Positions 1 through 11,043 of a stretch of DNA of 64,000 nt are shown one piece after another; the first letter of the stretch is position 1; every line of letters begins with the position of its first letter. Below the pieces are notes generated by a model that was not told where the DNA came from, searched no databases, and saw only the letters and a program-made list of their open reading frames with translations. Where the stretch lies: the IMG/VR virus record IMGVR_UViG_3300031857_000005, positions 240,366 to 304,365 of that record. One strand, 5' to 3'. The position numbers were made by a program, and so were the translations under genes.

Positions 1-780
1 AAATTCTTTGAAGGATCGCCAATGTCACAAGGTATATTCCAATTTGATATGTGGGGATTGAATGAAAGTGATTTATCAGGATACTGGGATTGGAACCAAC
101 TTAAAGAAGATGTAAAAGAATTTGGGGTATGTAATTCATTATTCACGGCACAAATGCCTGTAGCATCTTCAGCGAAAATTACAGGTTCATTTGAAATGAC
201 AGAACCCGCACATTCAGCATTGTTTAACAGAAGAGTGGTAGGTGGTGAAATTATGATTGTGAATAAATACCTCATTAATGACTTTGAAAAAATGGGTATT
301 TGGTCTGAGGATTTGAAGAATGAAATTATTATCAATGAGGGATCGATTCAAAACATTAACTTTAACAATTATTTAGATACTGAAGATAAACACTACAATA
401 AGAAAGTTAAACGAATTGAGCATTTGATTCCAAAGTATAAAACAATTTGGGAGATTTCACAAAGAGAATTGATTGATATGGCGGCAGACAGAGCACCATT
501 TATTGATCAATCACAATCAATGAATATCTATATGGCGAACCCAACATTGTCAAAGATTACATCATCACATTTCCACTCGTGGGAAAAAGGTTTGAAAACT
601 CTTTGTTATTATGTTAGAACCAAGGCAATTTCCACAGGGGCAAAACACTTGGCGGTTGATATGTCAAAAGTAGAAAAACCAAAAGCAACACCATTTGTTC
701 CCAAAGTGGACTATTCAAACATGAATCTACCACCAAAACCTGAAAATAGTGAATTTGATTGTTTTGGATGTTCATCCTAA
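1..780 (+). CDS. nrdA: Ribonucleotide reductase class Ia alpha subunit, C-terminal part (5' truncated by window)
   Basis: Frame is open from base 1. Motifs AQMPVASS, FIDQSQSMN, KGLKTLCYYVRT (radical-transfer YY) and C-terminal redox CFGC. Confidence 0.95.
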   Translation, partial: KFFEGSPMSQGIFQFDMWGLNESDLSGYWDWNQLKEDVKEFGVCNSLFTAQMPVASSAKITGSFEMTEPAHSALFNRRVVGGEIMIVNKYLINDFEKMGIWSEDLKNEIIINEGSIQNINFNNYLDTEDKHYNKKVKRIEHLIPKYKTIWEISQRELIDMAADRAPFIDQSQSMNIYMANPTLSKITSSHFHSWEKGLKTLCYYVRTKAISTGAKHLAVDMSKVEKPKATPFVPKVDYSNMNLPPKPENSEFDCFGCSS

Positions 781-785
781 AATAT

Positions 786-811
786 AATCCCGACTTATGT
801 TGGGATTTTTT
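786..811 (+). terminator. Intrinsic terminator after nrdA
   Basis: AATCCCGAC-ttat-GTTGGGATT hairpin followed by a T run. Confidence 0.8.
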
Positions 812-836
812 ATTTATATAAAACTTCCCAACATTA

Positions 837-844
837 TATTTATT
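837..844 (+). promoter_or_regulatory. Putative late promoter TATTTAT(A/T) before the baseplate operon (second copy at 811-818)
   Basis: The same motif precedes nearly every structural transcription unit in the window. Confidence 0.6.
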
Positions 845-848
845 AGAT

Positions 849-1307
849 ATGGCAAATGGAGTAACATATGGAATAAATTTCCCCTTTCAAAATTCGTATG
901 TGGGAAAGTATTTAGATTGTTCTGATACAACAGATGAAGAAGTGAGGAGTAATCTTATTCATTTACTTTTAACAAGAAAAGGTACTAGGTATTTTTTACC
1001 TGATTTTGGTACTAGACTATATGAATATATTTTTGAACCATTGGATGGACCTACATTTTCGGAAATAGAATCAGAGATTAGAGATTCGGTATCAACTTAT
1101 ATGCCAGGTTTAACTGTTACTAATGTTAAAATAACAGATGCCTCAATGGAAGAAGAAAATAAAGGAACATACATAAATGGTGAGGATAAAAGAGAATATA
1201 CTGTCTCAAATATATCACAATTAGAACACACGGCAAAAATTAGAATTGATTATAAAACGACTAATACCGCTTTTGAATCAAGTGATTTTGTTATTATTAA
1301 TATTTAA
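849..1307 (+). CDS. Baseplate wedge protein, gp25/GPW-like
   Basis: VRSNLIHLLLTRKGTRYFLPDFGTRLYEYIFEP is the typical gp25 motif; first gene of the baseplate cluster. Confidence 0.9.
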   Translation: MANGVTYGINFPFQNSYVGKYLDCSDTTDEEVRSNLIHLLLTRKGTRYFLPDFGTRLYEYIFEPLDGPTFSEIESEIRDSVSTYMPGLTVTNVKITDASMEEENKGTYINGEDKREYTVSNISQLEHTAKIRIDYKTTNTAFESSDFVIINI

Positions 1308-1313
1308 TAGTAT

Positions 1314-3152
1314 ATGGCAAATAAAAAAATATCGTACACAACGAGAGATTTTCAGGGGATAAGAACTGAGTTAATAAATTTTACAAGAACTTATTATCCT
1401 GATTTAGTTCAGAATTTTAATGATGCTGGAATATTTTCGGTAATGTTAGACTTAAATGCCGCAGTAACCGACAACCTACATTTTAATATTGATAGAAGTA
1501 TCCAAGAAACCGTATTACAATACGCACAACAAAAATCATCAATCTATAATATTGCAAGAACTTATGGTTTAAAAATACCTGGGTTGAGACCTTCAGTTGC
1601 ATTGGTTGACTTCTCAATTACAGTTCCTGCGTTTGGGGATAGAGAAGATTTAAGATATTGTGGTATTTTGAGAAGAGGTTCACAAGTTAATGGTGCTGGA
1701 CAACCTTTTGAAACTGTATATGATATTGATTTTGCATCGGCAATTAATGCTGAAGGATCACCAAATAGATTAAAAATACCTAATTTTGATGGTAGTGGTA
1801 AATTAGTTAACTATACAATTGTAAAAAGAGAAGTGGTAGTTAATGGAGTAACAAAAGTATTTAGAAGAGTTGTAACTCCAAATGATGTTAAACCATTCTT
1901 TGAACTTTTCTTACCTGAAAAAAATGTATTGGGAATCACAAGTGTATTATTAAAAGATGGTACACAATATTCTACGGTACCAAGTCCACAGGAGTTTTTA
2001 GGTTTAGAAAATAGATGGTATGAAGTACCTGCTTTAGTTGAGAATAGAGTGTTTATTGAAGACCCTACAAAGGTATCTGATCAACCAGGAGTTAAAGTCG
2101 GTAAATACATAACCACAGATAATAAATTAATTACTGAATATACACCTGAAGGGTTTATGAAATTAACTTTTGGTGGTGGTAATGTTTCTGCAGACGAACA
2201 ATTAAGAGATTTTGCAAGAAATGGATATCAATTAGATTTAAGTAAATATATTAATAATTTAGCTTTGGGTGCGGCTTTAAAATCTAACTCAACACTATTC
2301 ATACAATATAGAGTCGGTGGTGGACAAGGAACGAATTTAGGTGTTAATATTATAAATCAAATAGGTACCGTTTCATTTTATGTGAATGGACCGTCACAAT
2401 CCGTAAATACTACTGTTATTAATTCATTATCATGTAATAATGTTACTGCGGCAATTGGAGGGGCAAATGCTCCATCAACAGAAGAAGTTAGACAATATGT
2501 GACATATAATTTTGCCGCACAAAATAGAGCGGTAACTATAAATGATTATGAATCCATTTTAAGAAATATGCCGTCACAATTTGGGGCACCTGGTAAAGTT
2601 GCAATTACGGAAGAAAACAACAAAATTAAAATTAAAATGTTATCTTACGACGCTGAAGGTAAATTAACTGAAGTAATATCAAATACATTAAAAAATAATG
2701 TCGCCAATTACCTTTCTAATTATAGAATGATAAATGACTATATCTCAATTGAAACTGCAAATGTTATTGACTTAAGTGTTAATGTTGATGTAGTATTAGA
2801 TGCGAGTCAAAATCAAGGTGCGGTAGTTACTAAAATAATTGATATTATATCAAACTATTTTAGTCCATTACAAAGACAGATGGGTGAGAATGTTTATGTA
2901 TCCGAAATAAGACGATTAATTCAAAATGAAAATGGGGTTATTAGTATTTCCGATATAAGTTTTATTAATAATGTTGGAGGACAATATTCATCATCACAAA
3001 CATCACAACCTTACTCTGATTCGGCAACTAAAGAGATTGGATTAATTACTGACACTATATTTGCAGAACCAACTCAAATTTACCAAATTAGATATCCAAA
3101 TAAAGATATTAATGTTAGAGTTCTTAATTTAAAAACGGTGAATTTCTCTTGA
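1314..3152 (+). CDS. Baseplate wedge subunit, T4 gp6 / baseplate J-like
   Basis: N-terminal YTTRDFQGIRTELINF, then YRVGGG, GGANAPSTEEVR and AQNRAVTINDYE; follows the gp25-like gene. Confidence 0.88.
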   Translation: MANKKISYTTRDFQGIRTELINFTRTYYPDLVQNFNDAGIFSVMLDLNAAVTDNLHFNIDRSIQETVLQYAQQKSSIYNIARTYGLKIPGLRPSVALVDFSITVPAFGDREDLRYCGILRRGSQVNGAGQPFETVYDIDFASAINAEGSPNRLKIPNFDGSGKLVNYTIVKREVVVNGVTKVFRRVVTPNDVKPFFELFLPEKNVLGITSVLLKDGTQYSTVPSPQEFLGLENRWYEVPALVENRVFIEDPTKVSDQPGVKVGKYITTDNKLITEYTPEGFMKLTFGGGNVSADEQLRDFARNGYQLDLSKYINNLALGAALKSNSTLFIQYRVGGGQGTNLGVNIINQIGTVSFYVNGPSQSVNTTVINSLSCNNVTAAIGGANAPSTEEVRQYVTYNFAAQNRAVTINDYESILRNMPSQFGAPGKVAITEENNKIKIKMLSYDAEGKLTEVISNTLKNNVANYLSNYRMINDYISIETANVIDLSVNVDVVLDASQNQGAVVTKIIDIISNYFSPLQRQMGENVYVSEIRRLIQNENGVISISDISFINNVGGQYSSSQTSQPYSDSATKEIGLITDTIFAEPTQIYQIRYPNKDINVRVLNLKTVNFS

Positions 3153-3202
3153 TGATTTATTTTTAGAATAAAAGAATTATTTTTTGAAAATAGGAAATAA
3201 AC

Positions 3203-3210
3203 TATTTATC
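3203..3210 (+). promoter_or_regulatory. Putative late promoter (TATTTATC)
   Basis: Recurrent motif, 14 nt upstream of ATG 3225. Confidence 0.55.
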
Positions 3211-3224
3211 AAAAAAAGAATTTA

Positions 3225-6200
3225 ATGCCAAAATCATATAGAATTAGAACCGAGCCAGGTGTAGATAAATCCATAAAAATACAATTAGATCAGGATTTTG
3301 AATACTTGGAGATTTTATCTTTGAAGATATTTCAAAATGATATATACACTCGTATGTGTTCTGATTACGGTGTTGTTGTAGGTAGAGTATTAGTTAACGG
3401 AGGTTTTGGGGTACCAAACGCTAAAGTATCGGTGTTCATCCCAATAACTGACGAAGATGAACAAAACCCAATTATTTCTCAATTATATCCATATAAAAAC
3501 ATTGATGATTTAAATGACGATGGTTATAGATATAATTTATTACCTTATGAACCTTCATATCAAGGACATTCAGCAACAGGTACATTTCCAAGTAGAGAGG
3601 ATGTTTTAACCGATGCAGCATTAGTTGAGGTATACGACAAATATTATAAGTTTACTGTAAAAACAAATGAAAGTGGTGACTATATGATATTTGGGGTACC
3701 AACTGGAGAACAAACAATATTTATGGATGTTGATTTATCCGATATTGGGTGTTTCTCATTATCACCACAAGATTTAATTAACTCAGGATTAGCAACAGAA
3801 ACTCAAGTTGATGGGAACAAGTTCAAAACTTCAACCAACTTACGAGAATTACCACAAGTTAAAACATTAAATAAAATAGTTCAAGTACAACCATTATGGG
3901 GTGAACCTGAAATTTGTTTATTGGGTATCACAAGAGTTGATTTTGATTTAACGGCATCTGCTAATGTAAACATACAACCGACTTCTGTGTTTATGGGTTC
4001 AATGTTCTCAACAACAAATGAGGATGCGGTTAAGAAAAGTTGTAAACCAAAGATTAACACAGGAAATATGTGTGAACTAATTGCGGGTCCTGGACAAATA
4101 TTGGCAATTAGACAAACAATTAATACTGATGATAATGGATATCCTGTTCTTGAACAATATAGATTAGAACAGGATGGTAAGATAATTGATGGTGAGGGTA
4201 CTTGGTTGGTTAATTTACCAATGAATTTGGATTATGTAACAACAAATGAATTTGGTGAACAGGTATTATCTAACGATCCAAAAGTGGGAATACCAACCAC
4301 TTCAAAGTACAGATTTAAAATTAAGTGGCAAAACGAAGAGGGTTTGCAAAATAACTTTATGAGAGGTAACTATTTGGTACCTAATATTAAAGAACACGGA
4401 TGGAATAGTACTGATGAGAATAATGATCCATTTAAAAATTCTGATACATATACAAGTGAATATCAAGCGTCAATACCTGTTGGATCAACATCATTGTCTG
4501 TTGGACCAATACCTAGAGGGGGGTTCTTTCTTAATAGTGTGGTAAATACACAACAATTAACAATTGAAGTAAACGGAGTTCCATATTATGGTAGTTTGGA
4601 TAGTGTACCATTACCCAATGTCAACAATATAATTACATTTAATGCAATACCAATAGATAATACACAACCTATTGATATTGTGTTCACAATATATGACGAA
4701 CCACTATTTAACCTATTAAGATCTTACGCATTCAGTTTAGATTGGGATGATTATTATGATACTCAAGCGGCAATTGATTGTGAGGATAGTTTTTATAAAT
4801 TTCATTACAATAAAGTTTATACCGTAAGTTCATTTATTGATAGGTATAAAAATGGTAGCAATAGAGCCAGACATCTTGGGATTAAAGAAATTACAAATAG
4901 AACTTGTCAGAGTGAAAATAACAAATTACCTGTTAATGATTTAGTTAGGAATTTTGACTTCATATTCTTCTTATTCACTTTGTTACTTGCAATAGTATCA
5001 CCAATGATTGTTATTATAATAGTTGTAAATCACGTATTGGCATTAATATATCCAATAATAGTTGCAATAGCTAACTTTGTTATAAAATTAGTTAATGGTA
5101 TTGTTTATAACATATGTAAAATTGTTAAAAATTTAGGAGGTAATGTTGAATGTAAAAAAGAAACATTAGAACCAATGAGTGAAGATAACCCATTCAAAAG
5201 GTTATCATTACCAATGATGACATATCCTGATTGTGAGGCTTGTTCTTGTCCTGATGAGAGTTTGGTAACATCAAGTTCTGTTGCGGGTTCTTGGAATGCC
5301 GCGGCGTTAGGTATTAATATATCAATATTAAGTGATTTAGGTACTTTAGGTAGTTATAGTACTTGGACATTGAATCCCACAAACAATCCTTGCGGATTAA
5401 CCTTTTCCTCAACTCCGGACCAAACGGCTTGGGATCAAGGTTCTCAACAATTATTTGCTGGGGCAGTTAATCCCGCTAGAGTTTATTATAAAGTACCAAT
5501 ATGGGAGGAATTAGGTCCTGATGGTGCTAGTGCTAATTCGGGACAATTGTTTAAAAGATTTGGTGATGGTATGACATTGGCTCAATCAATGAACATGGCT
5601 AATCTTAGATCGAGATACTTTGATATTACCGCTAGAAACAGAATCACAGTAACACCAAACCCAACATTGGTTGGTACAACAACTTTAGGTGTTGGTGGTA
5701 ATTCATATCAAGATTTATCAATGATAATGTTAGCGGATCAGGGCACAATTAGTCAGTTAGTGGGTAAAGTAATTTCTTTTACTAATCCGGTGAATACTAA
5801 TGACTTTAATGTTACAGGTGGTACCGAAAATCAATTTGGGGGAAATGCAATAACAGGGACTACATTAGGGGTTGGCACATATACAGTACCTTTAACTTAT
5901 ATGAATGACTTAGGTGTTAATATAACATCAGATATAACTGTTGTTGGTACTGAAAGTGAAAAGGAATATTTATATAAATCAGGTATAGAGTATTTCCAAG
6001 TAGTTGCCGGATATACATGGGATGAACTTGTATCCACAGGTCCATTACAACCACAAGGTACCTATGTTGGATCAACAGTAACTAATTCAGGAGTGTTGTG
6101 GAAGTACTTCTTTCAAAATAAAATAAGCTATTTAAATCCAACGGCAAGTTCTCACACACCACCTTGGTTTTGGTTTAATGATTATCAACAACAAGAAATT

Positions 6201-8489
6201 TTAATATTAGTTAGAGGTGTTGATCCATATACTGAAAAACAAGAAATAAAATACGATTTATCTGAATTATTTGGACAACCATTGGGTACCACAACAGTTA
6301 CGGGAGAATATTTTTTAAATATTCCGATACAACAAAATTCTGGTAACCCGACATATTATTATGATCAACAAACACCTGAATCACATAGTTTAGCAACATC
6401 AAACTCAAATACATTTTTATTTCATCAACCAATAGGATTTACGGTAGATACCTCGGCGTTTACTGCATTCACAACCGATTCACCACGATATTACATATCA
6501 ACAGATAAATCAACAATATCTTATATTCACGGTTCGTATGATGCGGGGTATCCTATGTCAAACTGGATAGAGGCAAATGGTAGAGTTGAGAATGGTAATG
6601 GACTACCTCAAATTTTTAGATGGAAAAGTACTATTGGTGCAACAACAATATTAAGTGATTTTATAGGTAGAGTTGATGGTGGCTCATTTACGGTTACAAA
6701 TGCAATTAACTATATTTGTTATGATGGAGGACTTGGACTTATTGGTCCACCGGTATTCTCAACAACCAGCCCATTAGCAAGATGTTACGCACCTGCATAT
6801 CATGTGAGTGCAAATGGTAATATACCATTAACAACAAATATAACCCCAAGTCAAAATTTAATATTTAGATCAGATAGGTTACCTACATCTGACTCAACAG
6901 ATACTGTTGGATATAACTCATTCCCATTACATCAAAATAATAACTTTACATTCTACGCAATTGATGAACAAGGACAGGTAACTAACTTTAACGCTTCAGG
7001 TGATGGAGTACAAGGATTAAATGATTTAGATGCGTTTAGTGAATTAGGAACAGGATCTACGTCAACAATTGTGGAAACATTTAGTTGTGAAGGAATGGTT
7101 CCATTAAAATGTTATTCAGGTGCGGGAATTAATTTTGGTGTTTCAGATCCTTGTACTTTTAATCAAACAGGAGAAAATGGTGTAAATAAAAGAGTTAATG
7201 GTGGATGTTATTATTTTGTTGATGACAAATTAGTGAAAACTATTAAAGATGACATTAAGTATTTAGCGGAATGGAGAACAAGATTTAGAATCATATTTGG
7301 AGCTTGTAGAGGAGTGTTTGGGCATATGTTCCAAAACAATTGGATTAACGGTACATTATATATGCCAACATTCAATAAACAAACAACGTATAATATAATA
7401 GGACAACCTAATTATAATTTCTGTGAAGATATTGTAATGTTTAATGATATTAGTAATAACTTCTATTATAGAAGTACTCCATATGCGGATAATATAGGTG
7501 AATTTATTGGTGGACCTCAACCAACCATAAGTAACTTCTTCACTAATTTGACAGGATATCAACCACAAGATGATTCACAAAATACAAGACAAATTCTATT
7601 CCCAACTACAATTATGGATTTAGGAAAAAGAGACGAATTTATATCAGAGATTTGTGGGGATCCGGACTTCAGTGGTAAATATTTAGCGAATACAATAAAA
7701 AGTACTTCATATCAAGATAGTTCAGATGTATTACAGTTAGCAATAATCTCAAGAATAGTAAACTCAACATTCTTAGAACAAGTACTATCTATCCAAAATG
7801 GTGGTATTGAACAATTCTTTAATCGACCTGGAGATAGAATTGATGGAGATATTGCACAATCCTTCTCAATAAATTCGGAATATCAAGTCAATCCGTTTAT
7901 CGGTGGTAACTATCCTGATGATTATATATGGGTTGCACAAAATACAAATGGGGAACCTGTTTTTGGGATATTCTATAATACAAGTGAAAACGAATATAGA
8001 AATAGGAGAGCATTGTCACCTGGGTATAATATTTACAGTTTCCAAACCAATCCTCCATTACAAACATATATAGGATACCCTGATACACAAGAAGTTCCAT
8101 TATATAAATGGAAAATTGACACAAGTAACGCCAATAGTATTTTTGGAAATCAAGACAATACATGGTATACCGATAGTAGTGGTGGTGGTTTTTATAAAAG
8201 AGGATATCAAGATTTAGACGCAGTATCGGACGATTATTTTAAGACTTCTGATATGTCTCAGACATTCCCTAACATTTATTATGGGTTTATTACAAATTTT
8301 GCGGTACCGCCAGCACCACCCGCAATACCACCCGCAGTACCACCCGCACAACCTAACCCATCTACCGTATTACCATCGGCTAATGGAGTTTTAGTTGGTT
8401 CACCAAACCATTTCTATTTTGGATTAAAAAACGGAAAAACCGCATTAAATAGATTTATAAAAATATATATAGATACAGAATTAGACTAA
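3225..8489 (+). CDS. Large (1754 aa) baseplate/tail structural protein with an internal hydrophobic segment
   Basis: Lies in the baseplate cluster. N-terminal carboxypeptidase-regulatory-like beta domain (GRVLVNGGFGVPNAKVSVF...TNESGDYMIFGVP), a long TM-like stretch near aa 578-625, and a Pro-rich C-terminal patch. Confidence 0.7.
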   Translation: MPKSYRIRTEPGVDKSIKIQLDQDFEYLEILSLKIFQNDIYTRMCSDYGVVVGRVLVNGGFGVPNAKVSVFIPITDEDEQNPIISQLYPYKNIDDLNDDGYRYNLLPYEPSYQGHSATGTFPSREDVLTDAALVEVYDKYYKFTVKTNESGDYMIFGVPTGEQTIFMDVDLSDIGCFSLSPQDLINSGLATETQVDGNKFKTSTNLRELPQVKTLNKIVQVQPLWGEPEICLLGITRVDFDLTASANVNIQPTSVFMGSMFSTTNEDAVKKSCKPKINTGNMCELIAGPGQILAIRQTINTDDNGYPVLEQYRLEQDGKIIDGEGTWLVNLPMNLDYVTTNEFGEQVLSNDPKVGIPTTSKYRFKIKWQNEEGLQNNFMRGNYLVPNIKEHGWNSTDENNDPFKNSDTYTSEYQASIPVGSTSLSVGPIPRGGFFLNSVVNTQQLTIEVNGVPYYGSLDSVPLPNVNNIITFNAIPIDNTQPIDIVFTIYDEPLFNLLRSYAFSLDWDDYYDTQAAIDCEDSFYKFHYNKVYTVSSFIDRYKNGSNRARHLGIKEITNRTCQSENNKLPVNDLVRNFDFIFFLFTLLLAIVSPMIVIIIVVNHVLALIYPIIVAIANFVIKLVNGIVYNICKIVKNLGGNVECKKETLEPMSEDNPFKRLSLPMMTYPDCEACSCPDESLVTSSSVAGSWNAAALGINISILSDLGTLGSYSTWTLNPTNNPCGLTFSSTPDQTAWDQGSQQLFAGAVNPARVYYKVPIWEELGPDGASANSGQLFKRFGDGMTLAQSMNMANLRSRYFDITARNRITVTPNPTLVGTTTLGVGGNSYQDLSMIMLADQGTISQLVGKVISFTNPVNTNDFNVTGGTENQFGGNAITGTTLGVGTYTVPLTYMNDLGVNITSDITVVGTESEKEYLYKSGIEYFQVVAGYTWDELVSTGPLQPQGTYVGSTVTNSGVLWKYFFQNKISYLNPTASSHTPPWFWFNDYQQQEILILVRGVDPYTEKQEIKYDLSELFGQPLGTTTVTGEYFLNIPIQQNSGNPTYYYDQQTPESHSLATSNSNTFLFHQPIGFTVDTSAFTAFTTDSPRYYISTDKSTISYIHGSYDAGYPMSNWIEANGRVENGNGLPQIFRWKSTIGATTILSDFIGRVDGGSFTVTNAINYICYDGGLGLIGPPVFSTTSPLARCYAPAYHVSANGNIPLTTNITPSQNLIFRSDRLPTSDSTDTVGYNSFPLHQNNNFTFYAIDEQGQVTNFNASGDGVQGLNDLDAFSELGTGSTSTIVETFSCEGMVPLKCYSGAGINFGVSDPCTFNQTGENGVNKRVNGGCYYFVDDKLVKTIKDDIKYLAEWRTRFRIIFGACRGVFGHMFQNNWINGTLYMPTFNKQTTYNIIGQPNYNFCEDIVMFNDISNNFYYRSTPYADNIGEFIGGPQPTISNFFTNLTGYQPQDDSQNTRQILFPTTIMDLGKRDEFISEICGDPDFSGKYLANTIKSTSYQDSSDVLQLAIISRIVNSTFLEQVLSIQNGGIEQFFNRPGDRIDGDIAQSFSINSEYQVNPFIGGNYPDDYIWVAQNTNGEPVFGIFYNTSENEYRNRRALSPGYNIYSFQTNPPLQTYIGYPDTQEVPLYKWKIDTSNANSIFGNQDNTWYTDSSGGGFYKRGYQDLDAVSDDYFKTSDMSQTFPNIYYGFITNFAVPPAPPAIPPAVPPAQPNPSTVLPSANGVLVGSPNHFYFGLKNGKTALNRFIKIYIDTELD

Positions 8490-10237
8490 TGGGTATTGAT
8501 AACGAAACAAGAATTATTTTAGGATCTCTGAGAAATAAAGTTTCTCCTAATGTTGATATGCTATCTAATATAACATTAGAACAGACACAAAGAGAAAATA
8601 TTGAATTTGATAGAACTGCGGATGTAAATTTACAACAACTTTATATTAATGAAAGGGAAGCGTCTCAAATTTTTAGACCTACTTGTAAATTTTCATTCAT
8701 ATTTAAAAATAATTATGTTGGATCTACAAACTATACTCCGTTTAAAAATAATATGTTTTATGCAAACGCAATACAAAATGCGGTTACCGCAACTGTAAAC
8801 CCAAATTTACCTTGGGATGGTTATCCTCAGTATTTTGAATTTGATTTTATTAGAACGGATAATAATAATCCTGGATACACACAACCCCCAAATAATCATT
8901 TGACTTTTGTTAATAAAAGTGCGACTACATATAATTGGACTCATTACATGAGTTATGCTTATGATAATAACCCAAACAAACAATTAGAAGCGGTTGATCA
9001 ACAAACAACAACATCTTGGTCGTGGGTGGCATCTGATGGTATCCCATTTATTATTGTTGTTGGAAGTAATGACAATACAAGAGTTATATCTTTTAGATGT
9101 GTTATGCCACATGGGTTAAATATAGGGGATTATGTTTATTTATCTTTTGATTATTTTGGAGATCAGTTGTTTTTAGTATCTAGTTTAGGTGATACGGGGT
9201 TTGGTAGTGAAGAGTACATTTTCAACATAGACAACATAGGTTATATCGGTACAACATTTAATCAGGGAGTTACTGGTACTTTTAAAAAAGTATTGGATGA
9301 TGCGAATTCAGGGGAAACAATGTCAACTTATTATGTGAGAAGACATAAAATACTCACAAGTTCTGATAACGCAGTGTTGGTTAAAGCCGGATTTGAACAA
9401 AATATATTTACATCAAAAAGTAAGTTAGAACCTGCAGTTTTAACCCCAAATAATCTTGTAAGAACATCTGTTAAGGAAGGTAATCAATCTTACACATTAA
9501 CATTTAATTCTGACATTGATATAACAGGATTAATTGATAATCAAAAACGACCTTTAAGTGAATTATACTTCACTACTATATGGAAAGGTTATTTTGGGTG
9601 GACAAACCCATTAAAGGAAGGATTTACATTCAACCTACCATTAGTTAATAATGAACCTTCACCTTGGTGGGATATAAATAATGTATCGTCAGATGCTAAT
9701 TTACCAATAGGTATTTATTTTAGTCAAACTACACCACCTGTTGGACCTTTTGTTTATAATGAAAATTTACAAATAGGTGATATAGTTGACGGAGATTACT
9801 GTGAATTTAATGCATACAACCAAGAAGAAAGAGTAATATCAAATATTCTACACAAATTTACATTTAACCCAACATATTTTAATTTAACTGGTAATACTAC
9901 ATCTAATAATACAAATCAATTAGGATACTATTATCAACCACATAAAACTGTAGTAATCAGAAGATTTTCTGATTATATTGAAGAAGGTGATGCTCAATTA
10001 ATCGTTGGGGTACCCGATTATTCGTTCTATTCAAATTTATCAAATAGTTTTAGATGGAGAGATTTATATCCTTTTGGATATATTGATGCAAGTGGTATTG
10101 GTGTTGACTTCCCATTTATTAATGGAAAACATTATCCGTTTGTTGAAAACATATTTAGATTAATACCTGAAGGTAGTCAAATTGGTAACCAATTCATAAA
10201 CGAAATTGCAGAACCTACAATAGATGAGTGTGAATAA
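8489..10237 (+). CDS. Putative tail/baseplate structural protein
   Basis: 582 aa; TAATG-coupled to the upstream gene; beta-rich Asn/Thr/aromatic composition. Confidence 0.6.
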   Translation: MGIDNETRIILGSLRNKVSPNVDMLSNITLEQTQRENIEFDRTADVNLQQLYINEREASQIFRPTCKFSFIFKNNYVGSTNYTPFKNNMFYANAIQNAVTATVNPNLPWDGYPQYFEFDFIRTDNNNPGYTQPPNNHLTFVNKSATTYNWTHYMSYAYDNNPNKQLEAVDQQTTTSWSWVASDGIPFIIVVGSNDNTRVISFRCVMPHGLNIGDYVYLSFDYFGDQLFLVSSLGDTGFGSEEYIFNIDNIGYIGTTFNQGVTGTFKKVLDDANSGETMSTYYVRRHKILTSSDNAVLVKAGFEQNIFTSKSKLEPAVLTPNNLVRTSVKEGNQSYTLTFNSDIDITGLIDNQKRPLSELYFTTIWKGYFGWTNPLKEGFTFNLPLVNNEPSPWWDINNVSSDANLPIGIYFSQTTPPVGPFVYNENLQIGDIVDGDYCEFNAYNQEERVISNILHKFTFNPTYFNLTGNTTSNNTNQLGYYYQPHKTVVIRRFSDYIEEGDAQLIVGVPDYSFYSNLSNSFRWRDLYPFGYIDASGIGVDFPFINGKHYPFVENIFRLIPEGSQIGNQFINEIAEPTIDECE

Positions 10238-11042
10238 ATATAAGATAGTAATCCCCGCAAATGACAAACAAATTGACATTCCAATTGAACTTAAGTGGGA
10301 CTTTGGAGGAAGAGATGGTGGTATTGAAGATTATGAAAAAACCATTTTAGGTGAGATAGTTGGAATACCAAATGATTTTGAAGTTGATAGATTTTCACAT
10401 GATAATTACGATATATTAAATGTTTTAAAAACTTCGTTAAATTATGAGTTTTATTTTTATAACGGGCTACCTCAAAATATACCATCGGCAAATATTTCTA
10501 ACTATGTGAGTAGTTATACTACAGTTGGGTTTACTGAGAAAGAAATATACTATTATAGTAATCCGTTCACTAAATCATTTTTTAAATTAGATTTTTATGA
10601 CACTGCGGATCCAATAAGTCAAAAAATATATTTTACCATAATTTTACCTGTACAACAAGGGTTTACAGAGTCGGTTTCAATATCTACATTATTACCAAAT
10701 GTTGATGTTAAAAAACCAACAATGAGATTGGATTTTATTGGTGATAAGGAAGGGTTTTTTATATATTGGTTAAGAAAGAGAGACTTTATAGATTTAACAG
10801 AATTTTATATGTCGGCAAAGTTCTTTAATGGAAGAACAGGGACTTACGCAACTATGGTTAATCAACCACAGTTCCAAATACCAAATCCGTACACATTTAA
10901 TGGTGATAATTATTTTTATTATAAAGTTAATTTAAATTATAACAATAAAACTTATCAGGTTTACCGACCTGATAATAATGTACAAAGAGTGGGGTTGGAA
11001 AATAACCCAATTATTTGGTTTGAATATGTAAATCCTGTATAA
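10224..11042 (+). CDS. Putative structural protein
   Basis: 272 aa; overlaps the upstream stop; within the structural operon. Confidence 0.6.
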   Translation: MSVNKYKIVIPANDKQIDIPIELKWDFGGRDGGIEDYEKTILGEIVGIPNDFEVDRFSHDNYDILNVLKTSLNYEFYFYNGLPQNIPSANISNYVSSYTTVGFTEKEIYYYSNPFTKSFFKLDFYDTADPISQKIYFTIILPVQQGFTESVSISTLLPNVDVKKPTMRLDFIGDKEGFFIYWLRKRDFIDLTEFYMSAKFFNGRTGTYATMVNQPQFQIPNPYTFNGDNYFYYKVNLNYNNKTYQVYRPDNNVQRVGLENNPIIWFEYVNPV

Positions 11043-11043
11043 A

